DNA of 64,000 nucleotides, from NCBI GenBank assembly GCA_965645245.1, contig OZ287068.1, positions 2,728,001-2,792,000 of the forward strand, written 5' to 3'. Positions 50,784-62,312 of this stretch are shown here, piece by piece. The number at the start of each line of letters is the position of its first letter. Position 1 is the first letter of the stretch. This stretch comes from Massalongia carnosa. Its lineage: Eukaryota. A model generated the notes under the pieces. It ran no database searches, was not told where the DNA came from, and worked only from the letters and a program-made list of their open reading frames with translations. Both the position numbers and the translations under genes were made by a program.

Positions 50784-53496
50784 TCACCTCCTCGCTTGAT
50801 GGAAGCCTACCCCTTCTTGTGCGCGTTGCAATCCTCTTATTCCTATCGCGTTGCTCGGAAATGGAGTTTCTGTTATTGTAAGTTCGTTTCTTACTTTTCT
50901 GTAGAATAATTAGCTCAAGAAGACACGAAAGTAAGTGACTCGATGCTTACATCTCGCGCTGAGACCTGCTCAACCTGCGATGACCCGATCTGCGTTAACT
51001 GGTCCTCGTCATTGTTATCGTCTTCTTCATCACTAATGTAGACCTTCTGAAAAACCTGTGTTAGGTCTTCATGTCGCCTTTGCATCTCATTAGTCAAATC
51101 CTCAAGACTCATGCTTTCTTCTTCTTCCAAATCTACGTGTAAACTTGCATCTGCATTCTCCTTCTGATCGTAGAAACGAACCATCATCATCGCGGAGAAT
51201 GTATCCGGATAAAAATTCTTGCGATGATCGTAAAGGGCTCCCGCAACGCTAAAAACGCGCTCACATCCAACGCCAGCGGCTGGTACAGCAAGGATGTCCC
51301 TGGCAACCATACTCATTTGTGGAAATTCCGGCTCGAGATCTTTCCACTGTTGTAGAATAGGACCCGAACGATCATGCATCGCTGTGTATTGTAAATAAGT
51401 TGAACACAATGAGAACAGATCTGATTTATTGTATCAGTTAACCTACATCGCTGACGATAGCAGTTGAACTCGTCATCTAGAGCGAGCGGAGTAGCATTAT
51501 TCGTACTCAGAAGAAGATCCAGATTATTCAAGTCTCGAATGACCGCGACATTACGCCCGCGTACTTGTGAGGTTTGAGAATTCTCGTAGATATCGAATTC
51601 CGCTTCCAGAGATTGCCAATATTGATCTTCCCATCGACTTTCCCTATAGGGCGCATCCCAATTGGGACCCTTGAAAATTAGGTCCTTCTTATTGGGAGAT
51701 AGCAATGCCGCCTTTCCATATAGATAACCTAATGACCCCTGAGTTTTAGAATAGTATTGACGTAATTTCGTTGCAGCCGCCTCGATGCCATTCAATAGCG
51801 CACGTTTCCACGATACTCGCTTACGAGATAATCTTGCGCGAGCTTGATCCAGATGATCGAACAGCTTATTGTAGATCTCGAACACCTGATGAATGGTCGG
51901 TTGCTTTGATTGACCAATCATCTTTGTGAAGACGCAGAATAGCTTCGTTAAATCGATAAGATATTCTATCTGTGACCATTCCACGTCGAGCAATCTCAAA
52001 TACTCGGCTTCATGTTTATCATGATATCTATTCAGCGCTTGTCGCAACTTGAGCGCTCGAATTAACATGTGACATGTGGAGTCCCATCGAGTATTTACAT
52101 CTTGAAAAAGGTTAAGTACTGTACCGCTGACCGAGTTTCCAGTGCGTCTCTCTTCGTCATTCAATGCTCGTTGAACAGCGTAGAAGTTCTCCTTACGTAA
52201 ATTGCTACTGTTAATGTAAACAGCTAATGCTCGAACCTAATCGAAATTTAGAACGACTACCACAACGACTACCACAAAATAAATCTTGCCTTAGCTAGCG
52301 TAAGGGGAACTCCAGGTGTCGGGTTTTCGAAATCCCGTCTATCTTGCTTATCATCCCAGCTAGTTTTGAAATCGGCATTTTTGGGATTAATGTGAATACA
52401 CCCAAGTAGCTGTTTCACGGCAAGTTGAATTACATGCGATAAACAAGGCACTCGCTGTATCTCATTAGCATCAGTGTGTAGAAGTGCCAAGGCTCGATTG
52501 CTTCGTATCATTCGTCGCAACTCATCTACCATCGTTGTGTTATTAGATGCACTGTCCGTGGTTAATGCCAAAACACGATCTTCAATAGAATGTCTAATTA
52601 AAACGCTGTCCAATACTTCAGCAAGTTTTATTCCCGTGTGTGAGCCTTCAACGTGTTCGAAGGCAAGAAGCACTTCGTGATAATTCCATTTATCGTCAAT
52701 GAAGTAAGCATTGATGGCCAGATAACCTTGACGATTAAATGACGACCAACAATCCAAAGCCAGAGAGACCTTTGAACTACCCCTAGGTAGCCTCTCGAGC
52801 AAAAGCGGAATAATCTCTTGACTTCGGGTCATCAAGCGATTCTTGATTGTCGATGGTGAAGGAAACTGTACATTATCGAGCAGACAGTTGAACGCTCTTT
52901 GCAATTCGACATTGGCGACACTTCGTAACGGTAGCCCAAGAGCAACAATCATACGAAGCATTTGAGGCGTGAAATCATCCTTTTTTAGTCTACGCCCATT
53001 GAGAGTTAAGGCCTCTTGTCTTTTTGCTTCAATCTAATATTGATTAGCAAAGCACGTAATGTGGTAGTCATTGTGGTAGTCATACTTCGGCACGATATCC
53101 AACCTTTAAGGAAAGTTGCTTCATTCCTTTCAATGTCGACGTCTTTTTACAGGACTCGGAATTTATGTGATTAGTCATGCAGTTATTTCCGGAGCCCAGT
53201 GAGGGATGATTCAAGACCAGGGAGCATCGCGAGCAGATTATTTTGGGATTACCATCGCCCACAGTGGCGCCTTCCTGAAACTCTTTCCATTCCGCCGCCT
53301 TTCTTTTGGTCGATCCCCAATCGATCTTCTTCATCGCCTTTCTACTCTTCTCTTCATTAGCAAAATGCCATCTCGTACTTCGCCACCATTCCATAAACTC
53401 CTCGCTCTTCTCGGCCACATATGCGTAGCATCTGGTGGGTTTGCCCACAACTTGAAGATCGTATATCTCTGAATCTATCATCTGCGAGCTGCTCAT
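50784..53496 (-). CDS. hAT transposase (BED-like Zn finger, DDE core, dimerisation domain), multi-exon
   Basis: CSRC...H, LALDCWSS, TTDSASNN, CLSHVIQL, TRWDST, ILAVPAAGVGCERVFS. Confidence 0.88.
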
Positions 53497-54650
53497 TGTT
53501 GCGAATGACGAGGATTGTATATATAGGAATGTATATATAGGATGTAACAGTAGGAATGTAGCTGTAGGAATGTAACTTCATTGACTAGATTATGCTGCGA
53601 TAAAGCATTAATAACTACGTTTACGTTCTAAACACTCAGTCAAATCCAACGCATGCATACATATTCCACCTAAACTAGCCAACCAAACCTAGTCATACTG
53701 AACCTAACCATACCCAACCTAACCTAGTTGCCACGCGCGACCACTGATAACCTGTTTGCTTTTAGATATGGCACCGAAGACTCCGCGCAAGCGTACGCGC
53801 AAACCTGCGCGAATTCCAAACCGAACACTCGATAGAATACCCAGACCAGGTGCCAGAACTGGTGCGATAAGAAAACCAACCACCAGGAAGAGTATGCCTG
53901 GTGGTAAGTAGATGGTATAGTTGAGAATACATAAGATACTAACGCCGATCGCCACGTTGATAAGTCAAGGTCCATTACTAAGCATGTGATTTGGGTAACC
54001 CAATGAAAACCCAACCCGAACCCAACCCAACCCAACAATAACCCAACCCGAACCCAACCCATCATTGGGTTGGGTTCTTTACGTGAGAACCCAACCTAAC
54101 CCATCCCATTCCGCGGCGTAGTCTCTTGAGAGTCTCCCAATCAATCGCTTTTTTTCTACCTCGAGTCTCTGGCCAGACCGAAGTTGTGATGAAATCGACG
54201 AGATGATTCGCCCCGAAGCATGGCATAACCGCTCGTTCGTTCCACGCCGAAATGACGAAAAACGTCTTCTTTAAAATAGAGAATTTTATGAGCATCATTA
54301 AATTCAACAACAGCTTGAACTTTAGCTTTTATGGGCGTAGAATACTCCTGATTACAGTTATGATCATCAAAATCAGGTGTACTAGAACGATTAATTGATG
54401 ATTGATTATTCATAATGAGGGAGTTGGGTAAAAGAAGGATTTTTAGGGTGGGTGAAATTTTTGGTGTGGGAACTTTTTTTGGCCCCGCGTGCGGGGTAGG
54501 TAAACAATGGCATAAAAGTCCCGGTTTTCTACTCTGTACGGAGTACGGAGGTTGACACGAAAAGTCCTTGGTAGCGTGCATTAGTGCTGTTTTAGCGTCA
54601 TGCAGAAAGAACGCTAACAATTCAATAGGGGTTTCTTATACACTTTGACC

Positions 54651-54739
54651 TAACCGTGCGACCGAGGTAAATCCGATGGACCGCACCTGGAGCGTAGCTC
54701 CGGGTGCGGTCCATCGGATTTACCTCGGTCGCACGGTTA
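54651..54739. mobile_element. TIR-only hairpin micro-element in the Tc1 5' region
   Basis: TAACCGTGCGACCGAGGTAAATCCGATGGACCGCACC...GGTGCGGTCCATCGGATTTACCTCGGTCGCACGGTTA near-perfect palindrome. Confidence 0.75.
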
Positions 54740-54784
54740 TGCAGCATCTTTTATTTATCAAATATCATCAAGTAAAATTTTATA

Positions 54785-56154
54785 TGCTTCAAATCATGAC
54801 ATCACGAACTCAGAACAATAGTCTGACCATTGGTCAAAAGTTACAAGCATTATCTTTGATTGAACATGGCATAACAGCCAAAGTCGTTCAAGCAGTCACC
54901 GGAGTCTCCATTCAGTCTATCAGCTATCTCAAACGCAAGGCACGAGATCGAGGATATGATCCCACTGTTTCGCGAATACTGAAGGTAGAATACGTGCAAG
55001 ATGCACCTCGTTCAGGACGTCCTCTCAAAGTGACGCCTGAGATAGAACAGGCCATTTTAAATAACGTTCGTCATGATCGAAATAGTAGAAAAAAATCTTC
55101 AGCCGTTTTGGGATATAAACACGGAGTTTCATCTGCAACTATTCTCAATGTTCTTCGACGCAATAATTTTCGTTCCTGCAAAACTACCATAAAACCGGGC
55201 CTTGATTCAGCAATGAAAGAAGCTCGATTGCAATTTTGTTTGCGCTATCGTCACTGGACTCTCGATGATTGGAAGAATGTTATATGGAGCGATGAAACCA
55301 GTGTCGTGTTGGGCTCTCGACGAGGACGAAGATTTCAATGGCGAACTCCAAACGAAAAATATGCTCAAACGTGCATCCGAAGTATATGGAAAGGATGTTC
55401 CGAGTTCATGTTTTGGGGTTGTTTTTCGTATGAAAAGAAAGGTCCTTTTCATATATGGAAGCCGGAGACAGCAGCAGAAAAACACGCCGCTCAAAAAGAA
55501 ATTGACAAAATCAATGAGGCACTGGAGCCTCTAGCGAAAGAAAATTGGGAATTGGAAACGGGGATGAAACGAATGAGACTGCGTACCAAAGGAGGCCGAA
55601 AACCAGCCTGGAGATGGGACGAAAAGCATGGAAAAGTGGTCCGAAAAGGCAAAAGAGGCATCGCCTGGTATTATTATCAAAAGATCATTCTTCTTTCCAA
55701 ACTTCTACCGTTTGCCAAAGAATGTATGAAGGATCGTCCCGATACTATTATACAGGAGGACAAGGCTCCCAGTCATGCTTCTAAACATCAAGACCTCGTC
55801 TTTATGGATGCAGGAGTCTTGCGTTTATTGTGGCCGGGTAATTCTCCCGATTTGAACATGATCGAGCAATGTTGGTCCTGGATGAAAAGAAAAACCACAC
55901 GAAAAGGAGCACCTCGAAATCGCATAACGGCTACCAAAACATGGACTCAGTGTTGGACACAAAGTCTGAAACAAAAACAGATTCAGCACTGGATAGAACG
56001 AATTCCACGACATATAGAGGAAGTCATCGCTTTGGATGGAGGAAATGAGTATCGAGAGGGTCGAGACAATGGTGTGATTCGACCATATAATACCGAAGAT
56101 CGTCGCATTCGTTATTGTAAAGACATTATATCTGATGACAGTGATGTAGATTGA
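54785..56154 (+). CDS. Tc1-like transposase DD34E
   Basis: IWSDETS, MFWGCF, QEDKAPSH, WPGNSPDLNMIE; true start probably at ~54785-54797 rather than inside the hairpin. Confidence 0.88.
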
Positions 56155-56618
56155 TGATGTCATAAGTTTGTATGTAGGCCAGATTTTTAATGCATTATAT
56201 CGTTTGAAAATGAGGTTGATGTAGAAAATAGAGACGATAAATCATATAGAAAAGGGGCAGTGGCGCTACGCTTAATCCTTAGTGTCATTATTAGCGCATC
56301 CAAGGACTTTTCGTGTCAACCTCCGTATGGCATGTCTGTAACTAGCATCATCGTCGATCGGGTTGTTCGGATAAGATGTTGGCCACCAAAAAGGGATGCT
56401 AGAGAGAGGGATGTTATATGAGAGAGAGATATATATACACTCAACACCTCTCAAATACTCTAGGTAGTGTCATGTAGATGATTGGTGCATTGACTTGCGA
56501 TCTCTATTCTTTGGCCCGGAAAAATCCAATTCGCTTTACACGTCCCAAAGTCGAGGGCTTTCCCTCGGAACCTGGTACATCATCGTGCAACCTTTCAAAA
56601 CCCTTGCCTTTCAAGACC

Positions 56619-57074
56619 ATGTCCCACACTCCCTCCACCCTTTCCCCAATCGCCCCCTACCTCCTCGCCTCTGTCCGCATCAACCAGCTCACCCCTCCCG
56701 CCACTGCCTGGCTCGCTCGCGTCCTCACTGCCCTTGATGCCAAGGACATAGACGCCTATACCTCCTTCATAACCCCCACCTGCAAGATCACCTTCAACAA
56801 CGGCACCCCGACCCTCCAGGGCCTCGACGACATACGGACTGGTCTTTCAGGATTCTGGGCCACGTTCGGCACATTACGGCACGAGGAGCTGAACATATAT
56901 GGCACGGATCATAATTTCGTCCACGAGGCTTTGAATTATTATACGACATTGGATGGGAGGGAGGTGGTGTTGAGGGCGGTGGCGTTTGTTGATCGGGATG
57001 AGGAGGGCAAGATGGAGGCGGCGAGGATCTATAGTGATCAAAGCCCCCTGTGGGGGGAGGGCGTCGTGGGGTGA
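56619..57074 (+). CDS. SnoaL-like / NTF2-fold protein
   Basis: ALDAKDIDAY..F......F.NG.PT.QG.D.IR.....F; RIY.D..P C-terminus; ~150 aa. Confidence 0.75.
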   Translation: MSHTPSTLSPIAPYLLASVRINQLTPPATAWLARVLTALDAKDIDAYTSFITPTCKITFNNGTPTLQGLDDIRTGLSGFWATFGTLRHEELNIYGTDHNFVHEALNYYTTLDGREVVLRAVAFVDRDEEGKMEAARIYSDQSPLWGEGVVG

Positions 57075-57199
57075 GTAGGTTGAAATACTCGGTGAAAGAG
57101 TCGTGGTGTTGGGAACAAGGTTGCCAAAATGTCAGGCTAGCGTGAGCGGAAAGGATTATCGTTTTCATGCAGGCGATGCTAGACGTATCCTGCTGCTTC

Positions 57200-58171
57200 T
57201 CATTCTCCTCCGCTCTCCTCAGCCTCTTTCTGTCGCCTCCTTCTCTCCTCGGCCGCCTTCGCCATCACTTCCCTTCTGTCCAACCCTCCTCCGGCACCAC
57301 CCTGGCCCCGCCCCCCGAGCACAAATTCTCCACCCGTCCACCCCCCGCCATCTACATCCTCTTCCCCCGGTTCGTAGAAAACCTCCTTCGTCAACGCCCT
57401 CCCTCCACCTTTCCAATCTCCTCTCTCCACCTCCTCCTCAATCTCCCTCGTCAGGTCCCAGAACCGCCGATCATGGTCCCCGAACACGTTGTGCGCCAGT
57501 TCATGGCACAGCGTCTTCCGAATGATCTTGTAGTCGCGATAGCCATCGTAGGCGTCCGTGCGCAGCCGTAGCTCGATGACTTCGCCCCGGTTGCGGTTGA
57601 GCCCCAGCGTACGGCTCTCGTGCGTGGTGTGCGCAGCGGGATCCATCTCCGTCAGCACGCCAACACTGAACTTATGGTGTGCCATGGCTGATTGAACACC
57701 CGGATCCGCACGCAGGCGCTCAAGGTAGGCGAGGGAGCGAGCCGGGTTGGGGAGGTAGGGCAGGGGAAGCAGCGTGTGGAACGTGTAGGATGCGCGGTCT
57801 TTAATCTTTTGGTGATCGAGATGCCGGGATGGGACTGCGGGTTTTTTGGACGAGGGTCGCACGGGGGGAGGGGCGATGCTGATAAGGTCTTTGGGGGTGG
57901 GCGCTAGGAGCAGGATTTTCTTGGTGAGCAGGGTTGAAAGGGGAAGGGGAGGAAATGGGGATTTGAGGAGGCCGGTTTGAGGGGTTATGAGGAGTTTTTG
58001 GTTGGCGGGGGGGATGGAAAGGGTGCTGCTAATGGAGAGGGAAAGGTCAGCTAAAGTGGAGGTGGAGGGGAGGATGAATGTATGAGGGGTGCCGTGGTGA
58101 GTGAGGGTGATGCTAATGATAGAGTCGGAGGGGATGGGCGTGGGTAGGGGGGATTGCTCGAGTTCCGCCAT
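57200..58171 (-). CDS. Ubiquitin-like + WLM (Wss1-like) metalloprotease
   Basis: N-terminal UBL-like region (IPPANQKLL), LGLNRNRG..I.LRLR, HELAH zinc motif, H...FW. Confidence 0.88.
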   Translation of the reverse strand: MAELEQSPLPTPIPSDSIISITLTHHGTPHTFILPSTSTLADLSLSISSTLSIPPANQKLLITPQTGLLKSPFPPLPLSTLLTKKILLLAPTPKDLISIAPPPVRPSSKKPAVPSRHLDHQKIKDRASYTFHTLLPLPYLPNPARSLAYLERLRADPGVQSAMAHHKFSVGVLTEMDPAAHTTHESRTLGLNRNRGEVIELRLRTDAYDGYRDYKIIRKTLCHELAHNVFGDHDRRFWDLTREIEEEVERGDWKGGGRALTKEVFYEPGEEDVDGGGWTGGEFVLGGRGQGGAGGGLDRREVMAKAAEERRRRQKEAEESGGE

Positions 58172-59492
58172 GTTGAAGGAGTTTGGGGAGGATGACGGGG
58201 AAGGGAAAAGAGTCCATACAAAGGGTCATGAAGTTATAAGCCACGATAGTGATTTGTCACTTTCTACGGCGAACTGTTGAACGAATAGTCATATATTTGG
58301 AATCCTCATCACAACCTTTGTACTAGAAAGGTTCGCCTCCTGCAACGGATTTCTTTGAAGCTCTCTCCTGCCACTTTGACTCCTACCTCAGGATACAGTA
58401 AGCGCAGAGGCCTTCCTAAAGACTAATGTATTTTACTCTAAGACGCCTGCCTCCCAACAAGGGAGGTCAATCATTTGTTCGCAACGAACAAAATTAACGC
58501 AAGTCAATAATTCTAAACCTACATTCTCTTCGTTCATTTTACTTGGATGCTGCTTGTGGGTCATGAAAAGCCTGCCAGGGATGGCTGCTCAACTCCCAGA
58601 GTTGAGCAGCGAATCCATGGGAAACGCGGGTATCCTCATGATGTCGCTGAGATCGGGCAACCGCTCGAAAATGTCTGATCACTTAGATCAAATACTGCTA
58701 AGCGACTTCACATGTCTCATGTTCTGACCCGCCACCCTCATCGCCCGCATCAGCATCGTACCACCAACATCACCACGAAGACCTATATCTCCTCCTTCTC
58801 GTTCACCCTCTCGTCTTCCCTCTCGTCCACTTACCGTCCCGCAAATATACTCTAACCCAAGCAGAGAAACGTTCTGACACAATATAGAGAATTATATATG
58901 TTCACCTTATCCGAAACTTCCATCCCCTATGGTGATACGACTAAATCCGCGTCTAGGAGTAGCTATTTCAGGAGACAAAGAAAAATCTCTGCAAGCCAAG
59001 TAATGCTCCTCCCGTAGAAATAATTATCGACAAATTAGTTCATAGACCCTTTCTGATACTTTACATCAGCTGCCTCGGCACCTACCGCTGTTAAATTAGC
59101 TTCGTCCAACCATCTCATATGGGTACGGAACTTGATCTCAAAACAACGATCACTGCAAGTGACACTAGTCCCTTCCAAATATATATGCGTAGGAGTTGAT
59201 GACCTCTATCTGACTAGCGTCGTTGTAGTCCTTCTGCAATTCCTTGTCAAAGAGGATAAGTTCTTCTAAATGCAATCGCAACAATGCACTGGAATTTTGA
59301 TCCACTCTCTTTTCTCGATATAGAAGCCGTAACCGCGGTATTCCATATAATTTTGGCTCATGAGAGAGATAAATCGTGGACCACATTTTATAATATTGAG
59401 AAGAGCAATTAGAGAGGAATATAGGTGTTGAATATCCAATTCCTACTACAGTACAATGAACATACGGCTGCCCTAGATGGACAGATCATCTA

Positions 59493-61712
59493 CAGAGGCG
59501 AATCTCAAAAGTAATGATAATACGCTAAAAGCTAGTGCCGTAATTTAAATTTTCCGTACCGAGCAAATTTTCCCCTTTTCTTTCCCCTTTTCTCATCCCA
59601 AATCATTTACGAACCAACATTTGATCAAATCATCATCATGGTCAATAAATCAGCTGATATTTCTTTGCGGGCTCAGGTCTTGACGTTGTCTTATTGCACC
59701 CCGGCCTCAATTGAATTTATTGCAGCTACTACAGGATATTCTGTCCCCAACATTTATCGTATTCGTCGCATTGCCAGGGATCGAGGATTTGATCCCGCCA
59801 TTTCTTTGCAGGTGCTTGATAAATACGCCCGTCATGAAGAAAAATCTGGTCGACCGAGAAAGGCTACTACTGAGAAAGAAGATGAAGTCATTGATCTAGT
59901 CATAAAAGACAGATACGCCCGTGAAAAAACCAGTGCCCAGTTGGCAAGAGAAGTTGGACTGTCCAGATGCACCGTGTGGAGAATCCTGAAACAAAGAGGC
60001 TATAAAAAAGTCAAACCGTCGTATAGACCAAGGCTTAGTCCTGAAACGAAAGCGGCTAGACTGGCTTTTTGTCTCCTGTATAAAGACTGGACCGTGGAGG
60101 ATTGGAAGCGGATTATTTGGTCAGATGAAACAGCAATAGTGCTTGGTCACCGTCGCGGAGCTGTCAAAATTTGGCGTACAACCAAGGAAGGAAGGAGACC
60201 AGTCAAATCCACCGTACGTGCCAGGTGGCATGGGGCTCATGAATTCATGTTTTGGGGATGCTTTTCCTACGATTGGAAGGGGCCATGTCATTGCTGGAAA
60301 CCGGAGACAAAAGCGGAAAAAGCGGAAGCCAAAACCAAGCTTGACGAGATGAATGCTGCATTGGAAGCCAGTGAGAGATTAAATTGGGAGCTGACCAATG
60401 GAATGAGACGTCTTTCAACTCGCAATTTACCAGGAAAAAAGCCGCAATGGAAATGGGATGAGGAACATGGAAAGATGATCAGAAAAGAAGGTAAAGGAGG
60501 CATTGATTGGTGGCGGTATCAAAACGTCATACTTCTGCCAAAACTGATTCCTTTTGCTCAGCAATGCAATGCAAAAAGAAGAGAAGCCGGATTGTCTGAA
60601 ATGATCGTACAGGAAGATAAGGCTCCGTCTCATGCTTCCAAGCATCAGATTCCCATCTTCTCTCGTCATGGCATCGAGCGTCTTTTATGGCCCGGAAATT
60701 CTCCTGATCTCAACATGATTGAACCCTGCTGGCCCTGGATGAAGCGACGTACAACTGCCAAAGGTCCTCCTAGTTCTCGGTTAATTGCTGAATCTATGTG
60801 GCATCGCACTTGGGACGATCTACCTCAGGAGAATATTCAGGCATGGATTGAAAGAATTCCACGTCACATTGCAAAAGTCATTGAATTGGAAGGTGGAAAT
60901 GAGTATTGCGAAGGACGTTTTTTTTTACATATTGAATTGTTTATTCAATTGTTGTTTAATTTAAACCATTTGGACGTTGATGGACGGACCAAAGAAGGAA
61001 AAATGCGACTTCAACAGCTGAGGGAAGAATTGCTCAGTAATACAGCAAAACCAGCTTCTTCTTCTTCTTCTTCTTCTTCTTCTTCTGTGGCGTCAACGAG
61101 ACCATCATCTAGACAATCTGTCAAATGTCAGCTATACTGGCATTAACCAACATTGGTCAACGGGCCCGTCACATGCCCGTCACATGACATTGCCACCGCG
61201 GCACAGGTAAAAATTCTTCATCCCCCACATTCTTTCTTCCTTCGGAGACATCTCTTGATCTATCCCCTGGCGGCATACCTAGCTAGAAAATCATCTATAG
61301 ATCAATGCCATTCATTTCACCTCATCTGGTCAAGACGTAAATCATCTCAACTGATCATCAGGGCAAAAAGCCTCAGACAATCAAATGATGATACACCCAG
61401 CCCGTTGAATGTCAGGGCAGTTACCCCTGAGCCCGTTGAATATCAGGGCAGTTACCCCTGAGCCCCCTACACAGAAGCCATTGACACCCCCCTTATTGAG
61501 AAAAAGAGCCGTTTTATCTCCGAAAAATCACCTTCCCCCACGCATTCAAAAGGTGGTTCGTACTGCAGCCAGTTTCAGACCAAAAAGACGTTGATTAGAT
61601 GGTTAGTAATGGCATTTGTAGATAGTTGGTAGAATTTCAGGCTCGGTATGGAAAATCTAAATTACGGCGCTAGTCTTTAGCGTATTATCATTACTTTTGA
61701 GATTCGCCTCCG
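59493..61712 (+). mobile_element. Tc1-like (DD34E) transposon, ~72-bp imperfect TIRs, TA TSD
   Basis: CAGAGGCGAATCTCAAAAGTAATGATAATACGCTAAA... versus ...TTTAGCGTATTATCATTACTTTTGAGATTCGCCTCCG; TA flanks. Confidence 0.92.
59638..61146 (+). CDS. Tc1-like transposase DD34E (502 aa)
   Basis: IWSDET, MFWGCF, QEDKAPSH, WPGNSPDLNMIE; related to the 54785 transposase. Confidence 0.9.
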   Translation: MVNKSADISLRAQVLTLSYCTPASIEFIAATTGYSVPNIYRIRRIARDRGFDPAISLQVLDKYARHEEKSGRPRKATTEKEDEVIDLVIKDRYAREKTSAQLAREVGLSRCTVWRILKQRGYKKVKPSYRPRLSPETKAARLAFCLLYKDWTVEDWKRIIWSDETAIVLGHRRGAVKIWRTTKEGRRPVKSTVRARWHGAHEFMFWGCFSYDWKGPCHCWKPETKAEKAEAKTKLDEMNAALEASERLNWELTNGMRRLSTRNLPGKKPQWKWDEEHGKMIRKEGKGGIDWWRYQNVILLPKLIPFAQQCNAKRREAGLSEMIVQEDKAPSHASKHQIPIFSRHGIERLLWPGNSPDLNMIEPCWPWMKRRTTAKGPPSSRLIAESMWHRTWDDLPQENIQAWIERIPRHIAKVIELEGGNEYCEGRFFLHIELFIQLLFNLNHLDVDGRTKEGKMRLQQLREELLSNTAKPASSSSSSSSSSVASTRPSSRQSVKCQLYWH

Positions 61713-62312
61713 TACGGAAACCGTAGATGCCGCATTAGGCTTAGTCCCAAGATAATATAAGATCGCCTCGCTTAGAAGGGGTGACCAGTAATAGGAAAAG
61801 ATTGCTGCCTAGCAACTCTACCTTTATTATTACATAGCCATATAGCCATAGTCATATACCTATTTCAACAATAGGTGAGTTAAGAACAGAGCCGGGAATT
61901 AAGAAGTCGCCGGATTGAAGAAAGATTAGGAGAAAGGAGAAAGAAAGGAGAAGAACAAAAAAACGGTCTATGAAGATGTGTCACACAGAGCATGGTATTC
62001 GAGCAAAATCTGTGCCTAGCTTTCGAAAGCAATAGCTTTTCAACTCCTTCGTATGCTTGGAATAATCGCTTAACCCCATTAGCTCTAGCTCAGCCCTGCA
62101 GGCTACCATGACTGTCGTGATGAGTCAGCTCCTTTTAGACGTCTCGAGCCAATAGTTGAATAAATGAAGCGCTATTGATCGATTTGTCTAGCCAATCAGA
62201 CGAGTATTACCTCTTCTTGCTTGCGCCAAGGTGCAGTACAAAGCTGCGAATTTCTTTTCTTAGATGGATCGTACACTTTTCCAACTACAAGATCGCAAAG
62301 TCTTGAATTGAG

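Larger units (their letters stand above)
50167..54120 (-). mobile_element. hAT transposon, 8-bp TSD GTCTCTTG
   Basis: TIR TACGCCGCGGAATGGG at both ends; GTCTCTTG at 50159-50166 and 54121-54128; GGGTT/AACCC subterminal repeats. Confidence 0.93.
46987..54491 (-). mobile_element. Second DD38E Tc1-like element (~87-bp TIRs, CGGGG flanks), disrupted by two nested TEs
   Basis: TIR CACGCGGGGCCAAAAAAAGTTCCCACACC... at 46987, inverted ending 54491; CGGGG at 46982-46986 and 54492-54496. Transposase pieces 54413-54121, 50166-49408 and 47218-47107 rejoin, with two frameshifts. Confidence 0.9.
54546..56325 (+). mobile_element. Tc1-like (DD34E) transposon, 26-bp TIR, TA TSD
   Basis: CGGAGGTTGACACGAAAAGTCCTTGG at 54546, inverted ending 56325, TA on both sides. 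Confidence 0.92.
59426..61870. mobile_element. Solo LTR (~223 bp, TGTTGAA...TTCAACA) split by a Tc1 element; 5-bp TSD ATAGG
   Basis: ATAGG at 59421-25 and 61871-75; the empty site (single ATAGG) is present in the left arm near 11411-11415. Confidence 0.88.

Noticed and set aside
50454..50909. Pro/Ser/Glu-rich ORFs
   Set aside because: Low-complexity ~39-bp repeats downstream of the predicted hAT transposase stop.
61400..61461. 31-bp tandem duplication
   Set aside because: Only two copies inside the Tc1 3' region; no evident function.
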